Shown: piece after piece, positions 36,365 through 49,000 of the stretch
How the letters are laid out: each line of letters begins with the position of its first letter
Numbering within the stretch: position 1 is the stretch's first letter
Source of the DNA: Octopus sinensis
Lineage: Eukaryota
Reading direction: 5' to 3'
NCBI RefSeq assembly: GCF_006345805.1
Contig: NC_043005.1
Location: forward strand, 30,318,001-30,382,000
DNA: 64,000 nucleotides
The notes under the pieces: model-generated
Seen by the model: the letters and a program-made list of their open reading frames with translations, nothing else
Databases searched by the model: none
Told to the model about the DNA's origin: nothing
Made by a program: the position numbers and the translations under genes

Positions 36365-36470
36365 GTAGACAAGCATATCAGTGTCACACGTAGACAAGCA
36401 ACTCTTAAGCCTAACGTGGCAGTCAGTAATGAACTGAACTCTCAGTAGAACTTGGCAATACTTCATTGGT
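36365..36470 (+). promoter_or_regulatory. Putative PDIA4 proximal promoter motifs
   Basis: ACGTGG at 36414-36419, reverse CCAAT (ATTGG) at 36465-36469 and GTAGACAAGCA twice, 290-390 nt upstream of the ATG. Confidence 0.3.
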
Positions 36471-36754
36471 CCATAGTAATAGGTATTACTACGCCTCTCC
36501 ATAACTTACGACTAAATTATATCTAGTTTTATCGGAGTTGGAGTAACTTATTTCGTGTTATAATTGACTCATTAATGATTATATTATAACAATCTCTAAA
36601 TAAATACGCTGAGTTCATAAATAACTTGGTTTTCATTTATGTATTTTTGGTACTTATTAATCTAAAGTAATTCGAAGAAAAGCCGACAAGTAATGCGGTC
36701 CGAGTGTCTTAAATTCTATCTTCATCTTCAGAGACACTAAAGAGTTCCTGAAGC

Positions 36755-36875
36755 ATGGCGTTGTTTAGTAGTAGATTAAATTACTTGCTTCTTCTTTTGG
36801 CTTTAATTAGTCAAGTAATTGATTTTAGATGCTATGGAGAAGAAGCTGATGAAGCAGACGAAGCTACCGACGACG
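36755..36875 (+). CDS. PDIA4: PDIA4 exon 1 (signal peptide and acidic tract)
   Basis: [40 protein letters not shown]; donor G|GTAGGT, phase 1, matches exon 2. Confidence 0.85.
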
Positions 36876-39800
36876 GTAGGTCCCGCAGAAAACAATTCTA
36901 TGCATTTTTTCACTTTTGTTTGTTTTCGTTTTCACGTATCTCTGCCCAAATAGTTGCACACACCAAGCAATGCCTCACAACATTTTTTTATAATTTTCAA
37001 CATACCTTGTAAGTTTTCTTTCATTTTATCAATTCACATCATACAGGATTTGTTTGCAACTAGTTTTGAGAACAGTCATGCATTTTTTTTTATTCAGCGT
37101 ACTTTTTGAAAAACTTTCTTATGAACCTAATTCATTCACAAATAACTTACTGATAAGAGAAACTTAAAGGTTTGTGTAATCAAAATCCATTTTATACCCG
37201 GGCCCTTGATGATTGATGCTGTAATTAATGTCAACCTAAACATACCCATTTTTCACAATTCACTGCAAAAGAAGTTTTCCCTTGTCTCAAAGAACAAGTT
37301 ATGTCCGTATTTCTTGCCCTTTTGCTAGGTTTTAGAAGTTTTCCTTTCGTGTAAGTCATTTGAAAGGTTTTCATGTGATCCTTTAAGACTAACAAAAGTA
37401 TATAAGACCATAGATCGAATTTATATCTCAAGTTGTTCACTCATCAGGCTCTTGTAGCGTGGGTTTCATTCCACGTCTACAGCTGTATAGGAACCCTTGT
37501 TTACATATACACGCTGCAGATCTTGGAAGAGATTGTCCACAGTTGTTTTCCGTTTTATTATTGTTTGTGTGGCAGAGGAGCAAGAGAATTATAATTAGAT
37601 AGATATTTATGTGTCGCATCACAGTTTCTACAATTTCGTGATCTTTAAGAATGTCAGGGCCCCTGTAAATATCTGACTGCTATTGACAAAAAGTCAACCC
37701 CGGCTACGATTTCGAGACAACGATCTTTATACTGGGTATTTACCTTGCCAAAATAAGACTTGTTTTTCTTGATGTAGGTTTTTGTCCACCGCGTCACTAA
37801 TGTTACTGATGTTGATCCTAATGTTCACTGTTATGTATTTAGGCTTTATTTTTGCAGGCGAAAATAATCTCATGTAGAGAGGCCTACTTGGTTGGGTTAA
37901 CCACCTTGCGGACTTGCTCCCACTAGCGATAAAATGAGATTTAGACATTGTTTTCAACATATTCAACGCCGATGTATTTTATTATAATTGGTTTGAAATT
38001 ACCGCCTCCGTTTCCAAAAAAACAAACTTAACTGAAACATGAATGTGGGTAGTAGTGTTATTACAGAAATCAGCCTCATAGATGTATCCTATTTATGAAG
38101 ATGAAATAGAATTTGGAACAAATTAATTGGTATAATTCAGGTCCTCAATTCTGGGTGGGAAGATTTCTGTTAATTCTTGTTTATTGCATCTCTTCATTTA
38201 GTTCTTGTAGTGAACCGTGAAAACACAATGAGTAATTGTTCTTGGCTTCATTGACTCCCGAAATATTTCACAGTAAACGTGTTGTAAAACTTGCAAAAGA
38301 GATAATAAAAAGGTGAAGTGGAAACTGAAGATGTCCAAGTGGCATGAAAGCTGCTTCAATTTCTGTTTTATAAATTTAGCTCTTTAAAGACTGAGAAAAT
38401 GACGTCATTAATCTTGTATGTTAACATCTATTTTCTTTTGCTGATCACATCATCATCATCGCCGTTTTTACGTCTGCTTTTCCATGCTTGCATGAATCAG
38501 TCGAGAGTACATTGAGGCAGAGCCTTTTTCCTGCAGTTCTGCTCGCCAACCCCTACTTGTTTCCAAGTGAGGTAGTAATCTATCAATTTACTAAATAGCT
38601 AACAGCCCGGGCGTCTTTTATGCAGGGAACAGGAAACAAACACATACATATACGACGGGCTTCCTCATAGTTTCCGTCCACCAGATATTTTCTCAAAGCT
38701 TTGGTGGGTTCTGGTCGATAATGGAAGACACTCGCTCATGGTTGGGAAGCGAACTTTTTAGCCACATGCCTTCATTCAATGCTTACTTTTTCATGTTTGT
38801 GTGGGTCAGACGAATTCACTGAGGCAAATTTTCTACAGATAGAAACTATTCCTTTTGCTGATCCTCACCTGTTTCTAAGCAAGCTAAGAGTTCCTTATGG
38901 CCACCCATGGAAGAATAAACATCACTTGCATAATGGTGATGTTTACAAACATTGCATGATGTCAAGACAAGACTACACACACACACACACAATATCTTTC
39001 TCTCAGTCTCCATCCTCCAAATCCACTCAGAAGGTTGCTTCTGCTCTCAACCGATTACAGCTGTGCTATAATAGAGGAGTGATGGAGAGTTGAGTGTTTG
39101 GGGAATGCTTAGCAGGTGTAGGGCAGGCCAAGCATGTGCAAGCATATATAAAATGCAAACCCGTGTTTGCAAAGTGAGCTTCTTAACCCCACAGCCATCT
39201 CTTTGCCTATATTGATATCTACAACACTTAATTGCTTTTACTGATTGTCTTTTCTTTACATTTTTTCCACTGTAGATAACGAGCCAATTGAAGAAGATGA
39301 TGTGTTGGTCTTAAATAACAACAACTTTGATGATGTCATTTACTCCCGAGATACGGTACTTGTGGAATTTTATGCACCATGGTAAGATTCTCTTCATACT
39401 CTTCTTTCTACTTTCCTCTTATAGTCACTATCATGACCTGCTAGTAGGATGACGGTGAGGATCGTCATCATCATCATTTTAATGTCCACTTTCCCATCCT
39501 TGCATAGGCCAAACCAAATTTGTTGTGGCAGATTTTCTGTGGTTGGATACCTTCCCTGTCACCAACCCTTACCTGTTTCCAAAATAAAATTATATTTCTC
39601 CTCAGCCTGATATGTTCTTCCTGAAAGACTGGAAATAAACCAGTCATCAGGTGGTATCAAGACAAAGCTACACACGCAATAGGTCAGTTGTCATCCACCA
39701 AATGTTTCCACAAGACTTTGGTTGCCCTGGGGCTATATAGTAGAAGGCACATGCCCCATTTGCATTCGTACTTTCAACATTTTATAACAAGCCTGTTTTT

Positions 39801-42800
39801 GTCCTACAGAAACACTTCATTGCCTTGTGCTCCTATTACTTTACTGTCATTCTTTCCTCCCCTTCTTTTACAATCTTCATGTCTTTTTACTTCTCTATTA
39901 AATTACTTTGTGATTTCTTTGTCTTCAGGTGTGGCCACTGTAAAAGACTGGCACCAGCATACGCTGATGCTGCCAAACAGCTGAAAAAAACAGTGCCTAA
40001 AGTATCATTGGCCAAAATTGATGCCACTATAGAAACTGAACTAAGTTCCAGGTATTTGCTTTTAATGGGGTTTTTCTTTTCTTTTTTTTCTTGCATTATT
40101 TTGAGATTATATTCCTGATATTTTGGCAATGTCCCACTATTTCCGGGTGGGTCATGGAGGGAGAATCCTCAGGTACCTCCTCCGAGAATCCTCTTAGAAG
40201 TAACCATCATTGCAATTTCCTGGCAATGTTCAAAGACTGAAAGTCAATCTGAAATTTAAGTTATTGCTGATGAACTATGGAATGTCAGTGTTAGTAAATT
40301 CTTGGTGAACCAAATCCATAGAAGTTCCTCATATGGTATTATCATTCTTCAGAACTCTTCTTGTTGATATATTAGGTCCCAATACTTAAGACATCACATC
40401 AACAACTCTCTCACTCCTTGTCATTCTCTTTTCCTCCATGGCTGTTAACTCAATTTTAGGATCTTTTTGGTTTGGCTGCCAGCATTTCAAAAATTAAAAT
40501 TTGGCACATTAATATACTTTTCCAAGCTGAATTGCTCGGAGTTATTTAATTTTTTTCCAGGAAAATGTTTTTTAAAAGTTATAAAGGTTTAAAATTTGAT
40601 CATTTTGACCCAGTGAGGAAACAGGTTTTGGAAGCTGTCATTTTGTGCGTGACTGCACATTATGTCGTCAACATCCTGAAAGTAGCAAATGTTATCAAGA
40701 AAGAGTAAACAACGTGTCTTTTGTAGTTTTAAGTATTGCAATAGCACAAACTTAAAAGATTTATCCAAAAACGTTATTTAGCTGTTATTTTTAGCACATC
40801 TCATAACCACCTCAGTGACAAAAAATGAGTAAACAACACATTTTGTAGTTTTAAGCATTCAATATGCATTTAATGCAAATATGATTAAACCACACATTAT
40901 ATGCGATAAACACACACCAGTACACATTTCCACCACATCTTTTTGTACACATAACATGCTTCTTCCTTTTACATAATTTTCTTCAGGGTATGACACCCTT
41001 TTCTTGTAGATACAAAACAGTATCCTCTTATTCTTAGTGTCTCCATCATTGAAGCAAGGATACTGGTTTTTGCTACCATAAACAAACAGTAAAATTTCCA
41101 ACAGAACACAGCATCAAAAAGTGGTTTCAATATATTTGTCAACATGTGCTTCCTCACAGACAAAAGAGTTCTCCATTCCGCTTGTTACTATGGAAACCAG
41201 CATGAATGTGTCTGTGGCTTATGATTGGCTAAAATTAGCCAAAATTTTAAAACGTTAATTGCTAATAACTCTTTATTTATTGACTTATAGTGAAAATGAT
41301 TTTCACATAATTCATTAATCTATAAAAATGTATCATTACCCTGAATTTGAAATCAATTTGAACAGAAATTGATGCTGGCAGCCAAATCGATAAGATCCCT
41401 ATTTTACTTAATGACATAAGGTATCCAGTAAGGTTTCAATTCCCAGACTAGGTGGTGTGTTGTATTCTGGAGCCAAACACTTCACTCAGCTGTGAATGGG
41501 TTAATCCTGTGATGAGCTGGTTTCCTGTTCAGCGGGAATGTTGTGATCTTGGTCACCTATAGGACATGCAGACCAGGTAAATGGCCCAAGGAGATCTAGG
41601 ACTTCAGACAGTACCTACTTTTACTTGACATATCCTACAACCATCAATAGTTTCAGCATAACGAAGCAAACAAGGTGACTTGTGTTGGTCTTGCTCTTTA
41701 TCCTTGTTTATAAAAATGAAGTAAAACCCTGTAACTTCTGCTGCTCACTTTGATATTATCAGTCATGAAACTGATGGGAATAAAGATGCCAAAACTGGAC
41801 TCCCTTGGTTACATTTATTTTGTTGATTAGGAGAATACAGGGAGCAAAGTTATTAACCCCAAATATGCCAGAAAGTTTACAAAAATCAAGCAAAATTAAC
41901 ATTTTAGGCATTATATTTGTTTTGATATGGGCGTACACATCTGGTGTAAAATGGTTTCTCACAAATAAATAGTTGGTTGTGGTTATCTAAAATAACCTAT
42001 TGCAGAAATATGTTAACACAGAATGCACTCTGTACTACTCAGGTATGATACTGAGTATTCACTGCTCAACAACCAACTGTTAAACCAACACCGTCAACTA
42101 CCCCCACCCCTGACAGTTCACTCAGTTCTTATTTATTGTAATCGGTTAGTCCACCTTCAGTCACGTGGTAGGGGTGTTCGGGATTCTCCCATAACAATTT
42201 GTCTCCTTTGTCTGCTTAATATCAATGTTATTTAGTTGAAGGTGGTGAGCTGGCAGAAACGTTAGCACACCAGGCGAAATGCTTAGCGGTATTTCGTCTG
42301 TCTTGAGTTCAAATTCCACCGAGGTCGACTTTGTCTTTCATCTTTTTGGGAGTCGATTAAATAAGTACCAGTTATGCACTGGAGTTGATGGAATCAACTT
42401 AATCCCTTTGTCTGTCCTTGTTTGTCCCCACTATGTTTAGCCCCCTGTGGGTAATAAAGAAATAAATATCAATGTTGTTTAGTTTAAGACCAGCTGTGAT
42501 TGAATAAAGCTGATGTGACACAACAACAGTTGTTAGACAAACCCTAACCCTTTGGTTACCATTTAGTAATTTACCATTCATAATGTTTTGTTGCTACATT
42601 TTTATATATTTGTTTTTTTGTCAGATTTGATGTGAATGGATATCCTACTTTATTGTTCTTCAAAAATGGAAAGTCTTTTCCCTATGAAGGACCAAGAGAA
42701 GCTGATGGTATGTAGACAAAACTGGAAATGTTGTTTGTGTAATTGTTCATTTTCAAATTGGTTTTTATGTCCAACAGTAGTTCAAGGTTGCCAAAGTTAA

Positions 42801-44856
42801 AATGCATAACTGAGTTTAGTTAAGGCCAAAGTAACATAATTTGGGTCATGATTTGAAATATGCTAATGCCATCATGGCAATCATGTTCTCCAAACTGACA
42901 CCATTAATGGAATAAGGAAGGCATCTTTACATGGTTGCTCAATCTGTCTGCTAGAAACAGTAGTCAACTCTAAAATAACACTCTGTCTTAGAAAAGGAAG
43001 GACACACAGGTCAGTATAATCCTGGACATGTGTAAAGTTGGGATGGTCACAGTTGGAGCAGCTTTGATCTCAGGTCTCTTGGATGAGGGTCAACTTGAGA
43101 CTAAACAACAGTTTTGGCTACTCTTATTACTGAAATGGTTTCTTGAAGATTAACTTTAATCCTATCCACTTTTGCCACATTTTTATCTTTTCAGTCATTA
43201 GACTGTGGCCATGCTGGGGCACCACCTTAAGGAATCTTTTGTCGAATGAATTGATCCTAGCACTTATTATTTTTGAGCCTGGTACTTATTTTGTTGGTCT
43301 CTTTTGCTGAACTGCTAAGTTATGGGGGACATAAGCGCAGCAACACTGGTTATCACTCGTGGTGGAAGGACACACACACACACACAGATGTGTGTGTTGG
43401 TTGATGCCAGTGCCATGAAAAGCACCATTTGAGCGTGGTTGATGCCAGTGTTACCTGACTGCCTCCCCTTTCCATGCCAGTGGCACATGAAAAGCACCCA
43501 CTGCACTCTTGGAGTGGTTGGTGTTAGGAAGGGCATCCAGCTGTAGAAACCTTACCAGAACAGATTGGAGCCTGGTACAGCCTCTTGGCTTGCCAGTTCT
43601 CAGTCAAACCATCCAACCCATGCCAACATGGAAAGCAGATGTTAAACGATGATGATTATATATATGACAGGCTTCTTTCAGTTTCCGTCTACCAAATCCA
43701 CTCACAAGGCTTTGGCCAGCCTGAAGCTATAGTAGAAAACACTTGCCCAAGGTGCCATCCAGTGGGACTGAACCCAGAACCATGTGATTAGGAAGTAGAT
43801 TTCTTACCTCACAGCCAAAACCTGATCTTTATCAGGTATTATGGGTAGTCATTTTAACTCACTTTCATTTATATTTCCAAGTTAGCATTGAATGGAACAG
43901 ATTTAGGGCAACTCCATGTATTTGCTAGGTGTTGCTTCTCCTTTCTACTGCTCTTTAACTAATGGTGTTGATGTGGATATCTTACCTTTAGCAACACAAC
44001 AATTGGTGTGGTATGTTTAAGTTAACGATTAGGTGATCAGCAGTGCAGTATTTTCAAATCTCACTTCACTGCCCAATCTCAAATTCCTTTTATCTCACAA
44101 AATTTACTCTGTACTCATTTTCTTTTTATCAAGGTGACTTGTGTTTTTCTTGCTCTTTGTCCTTGTTTATTGTTAAGCTTCCTCCTCTCACTTAACATAT
44201 ACATCATTCAATTTCTTTAAACAGGTATCGTTACATATATGTTGGAACGAGCTGCACCAAGCTGGAAACCTCCACCAGAGGCTGTTATTACATTGACTGA
44301 CAACAATTTTACAGATTTTATAGAAAAGCATGAACTTTCTCTTGTGGAATTTTATGCCCCATGGTATAGTTATTTTTTAAATATCTGATTCTTTCTTAAT
44401 CATGAAAGAGATTCTGCATTAATTTTTCTTATTGAAAATTATTAAAATAATTTTTTTTTTTACATCATACTCAGTAGTTTTGGTTTTATAGTGAAGATGT
44501 TTGCTTTGGAAACAGATGGTTTTAGGTTCGGCAATCCCTTTGTCTTTGTTTGTCACCTCTATCTTTAGCCTCCTGTGAGCAGTAAAGAAAAATAATGGTG
44601 TTTCCTACAAGAGCCATGGGTTGGCCAATCCTTTTTTCATTCTTTTACTTGATTCAGTCATTGAACTTTGGCCATGCTACTGCACTGCTTTGAGGAGTTT
44701 ACTCAAACAAATCGGCCTCAGTAATTAGTTTTAAGTGATTATTTGGAGAACTGCTAAGTTACAGGACATAAACAAACCAACATTGATTGTCAAGAGGTGC
44801 AGGTGTTTAACACAAAGACATACATATCTTCTCCATCATATGTGTGTGTGTATATG

Positions 44857-44901
<45 letters not shown>

Positions 44902-46025
44902 ACAGCAATAAGAAAATGGAGGGGATCAAGAGGTGGTATTCATCAACTTTTAGACATTATATTATGTCTGTTTATTTATTTTTTAAAAAGACAATCATAA
45001 CAATATACCTACATGTATAACATATTATGCTTTACATATAAAATATAAAAATACCAGTAATTATTAAAATATATAATGTAGAACATAGAAAATAGGATAA
45101 TATCTTACAGGTGTTTCAGCCAAGAGGCCATTGTACCCCACTCTACTTTTATCCCTCCATTGAACTGAAGTATTTGGTAGATAAGATTAAGGTACTTGGG
45201 TGTATTCCTGGGCTTTGGTGAATACCACCTCTTGATCTTATCCATTTTCTTATTGCTGTATAAATTAAGGGTAAAATAACTTTTTACCCTCACTCATTTA
45301 TTACACTTGGTAATGTAATTGCCATGCAATGAAAAAAACACTTGTGTATTAATAATTGGGTATTCTACCAGCAGTATATTGGATAGATATTATCCCTTAG
45401 TTGGTTGGATTCACAACCTCTAACTCTCTTGGAATTATATATATATGTATATATGTATGTATACACACATATTCTGTCTACCAAATTCACTCACTAGGCA
45501 TTGGTTGGCTTTGGGCTGTGACAGAAGACACTTGTCCAAGGTGCCATGCAGTTGGACTGTGCTTTGGAAGCATGGTTGCAAAGTGAGCTTCATAACCACT
45601 CCCATATCTGCATCTTTGTACAAGAAATTTGGTAGTTGGAAACTAAGAAGTCTGACATATAGGTATATGTATTTGTATAATGATTGGAAATAAAGCCACT
45701 ATTTATAGTGTTATTGTTAATAATCCTCCATAAAAACATGTCTGGCCATTGAGCTGTTCATTGTTCAAAAAACCAGTGGAAATATTATCTACTTGGAAAT
45801 AGTTGAAATTTGGCAACAAGAAAAGTATTTGGCTACAGAATATCTGCCTCAACAAATTTTGTACATACCATGCCATCATGGGAAATGGATATTAAAATGG
45901 TAGTGATGGTTCCTGACTGTAATTGCTGTGTCCTTTATGCAGATACATTAATTCTTTGTCAGTTCTCTCCTTGGATCCTTATACATAACACATACACACT
46001 GTGTGTATATCTATCTATATATCTG

Positions 46026-46091
<66 letters not shown>

Positions 46092-49000
46092 CAGATGCAT
46101 AGATAGACATATAAATAAAATGATTGTTGTGTTTGTTCACTTGGAGTACATAGGCCCAAAATAATAGGACATTTTTTAGAATTAGCTCTACCAGCCAAGT
46201 TATGGGGTTTTATGTAATTGTTGGTTTCTTAAAGTCTCTTCTAGTGTCGTTATCATCATCATCCTCTCTTCATTCTGGATGGAAGGTTATTGGTATCTCA
46301 TCTCTTGTTTAAGGTCAGCAGCCAAACTAGTGGAAGGATCATTAAAACATCAATAATATAGTGAGGTATATTCATTAAATATTCTTTACAATTTAGGTGA
46401 CGGTGTCTGCATATATTATATCATTAATGGTTGTCTTTTGTTTCAATACATCATCATCAGTTAGCACCTGTTGTCCATGCTGGCATGGGTTGGATGGTTT
46501 GAACAGGTTGGCAAGCTGGAAGTCTGCACCAGACTCCAGTCTGATTTGGCATGGTTTGTATGGCTGGATGCCCTTCCTAATGCCTAAAACTCTGAGAGTG
46601 TAAAGGGTGCTTTTACATCCCACCGGCACATGCGCCATTTACGTGACACTAGTATCTGCCACAAATGCAATTTTACTTGGCTTAATGGATCTTCTCAAAC
46701 ATGACATAATGCCAAAGGTCTCAGTCATTGTTTCCATGAGGCCCAACACTCGAAAGGTGCTCTTTATGTGCCACCAGCATGGATGCCTGTTATGTGACAC
46801 CAACATCAACCACAACTGTGATTTCACTTGGCTCAATGGGTCTTCTCAAGCACACCATATCGCCAAAAGTCTCGGCCAGTTGTCATTGCCTCTTTGAGGC
46901 CCAAAGATCATGTTTTACCACCTTGTCCCATGTCTTCCTGGGTCTACCTCTACCACAGGTTCCCTCATCAGTTCTTTACACATCTGTCCTTGTCCATATG
47001 CATCACATGACCATACCAGCACAGTCGCCTCTGTTGCACACCACATCTGATGCCTCTTATGCCCAACTTTTCTCTCAAGATGCTTACACTCTGTCATACA
47101 TGCACACTGACATTACACATCCAGTGAAGCATACTGGCTTCATTTCTCTGAAGCCTACACATGTCCTTGGCTGTCACAGCCCATGTTTCACTGCCATGTA
47201 GCATAGTTGTTCGCGCACAGGCATCATACAATCTGCCTTTCACTCTGAGAGAGAGAGGCCCTTTGTTGCCAGCAGAAGTAGAAGCTCTCTGAACTTTGCC
47301 CAGCCTAATCTTATTCTCACTGTTATGCTCTTGGAGCATCCACCTCCGCTACTAACTTGGTCACCAAGATAATGGAAGCTATCTACTACCTCTAGCTTAC
47401 ACACCCAGCAGTTGACAGGGTCTATTTTCTGTACATTTTTAGTGTTAATTGTACCTGTGGACCTTCTACAAACTATTTTCTCTGTCAACCTTCCTCTGAT
47501 ATTGCTGCACCTCTTTATGTGTTCATAGTTTACACCAGTTCCATCTTATGGCTTTTCTACAGATCAAGCAGGGCCATCTACCTGAAGGGATTTGTGATTT
47601 GTCTGCCTTCCTACTTACTAAGACTTTGGTTTTTGCTAGGCTAGCTAACTCTAAGGCCTTTCAATTTTAGACCTTGCTTCCATACCTAGTTCTGTTCTGG
47701 TCGTGATTCAGCTATAAGAACAAGGTCATCAGCATAGAGGAGCTCACAGGGGGCAGTCTGTTTTAAATTCCTCTGTTAGTGCCTGGAGGACTATGATGAA
47801 CAACGCATCTTGAGAAATGGATGAATGCTACAGACTCTCTCTCTCTTTCTAATCTCACTTTTATTAATCTGGGTGTTCTTTTCTTTTAGGTGTGGCCACT
47901 GTAAGCGTCTGGCTCCCGAATATGAAAAAGCTGCTCAGAAACTTGCTGTTAATGATCCCCCAATACCTCTGGCAAAAATCGATGCTACTATTGCAACAAC
48001 CTCAGCAATGAAGTATGAAGTCTCTGGTTACCCAACTCTGAAGATTTTTCGTGCAGGCAAACAATTTGAATACAAAGGACCAAGAGAAGACTATGGTAAA
48101 GTAGAATTGATGATAATGCAATAAAGAGGAAGGTGGAAGAAGTTGCAATGTCCATTACATATGTTACAGATGCTCTATTTTATTGATGCCAGAGGAAGGA
48201 AAATGAAAATTGATTGTAGCTGGCTTTTAACCCCATATTTAGGAGGCAAAAACTAAAGCCATTAGTTCTTTTATATTCCCTCAGTTCTATGAATATTAAC
48301 CAACTTGGGTTGTGCAAACTTTTCTGATTCCTTCTTTTTGTCTGAAGGATTATTATTCTATGATTCAATTTTGATTCTATTCACCATTAATTTCCTCACC
48401 CCCAACCTTCCCATCCTCATTGTTTCCTGTCATTAAAGGACAAGTTTACTTGATATGGAAGAACTCAATACTTTGTTGTCAGTGAAAGCAGTAATATCTC
48501 TGGCTCATTGACTTGACATCAGAACTTACTTAGGTGAGAGTTGTAGAGGACAATGGAAATATAATTTTGGCCTGAAGAATATGGAATGTTCTGTTAACTA
48601 CAGCCTATGGTTGTTTGGATTGTTAGGTTCTGATCTATTTCTATAAGCAGGAATCATCATCATCATCATCATTGAAATAGGTGGGTGGTAAAGAATGTTG
48701 GGCAGTGAAGAAACCAACTAGAGGAGTTGGGTAGGATGTGAAGATATATTCAATATTAAAGTATGAGAAAGGGTGAGCGCATAAGTTGAGCAAACAAGAC
48801 TTATGCTTCTGTACAGAAAAAGTTATAACCTTGCAGCTGTGGTTAAACAGTGAGTGTAAGTAAAGTGCTGAGAGTTATTATAAAATGCGAACATGGCTTC
48901 AGCTGGTAACCAGAACTAATATTAAAAATTATGCATTTTTAAACACCTTAACCATCTTTTAGATGATGAAGGTGCATGGCCAAGTGATTGAGTGTTGGTC

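Noticed and set aside
36400-36470. Canonical ERSE (CCAAT-N9-CCACG)
   Set aside because: CGTGG at 36415 is followed after 9 nt by ATGAA, not ATTGG; the spacing to the real ATTGG is 45 nt.
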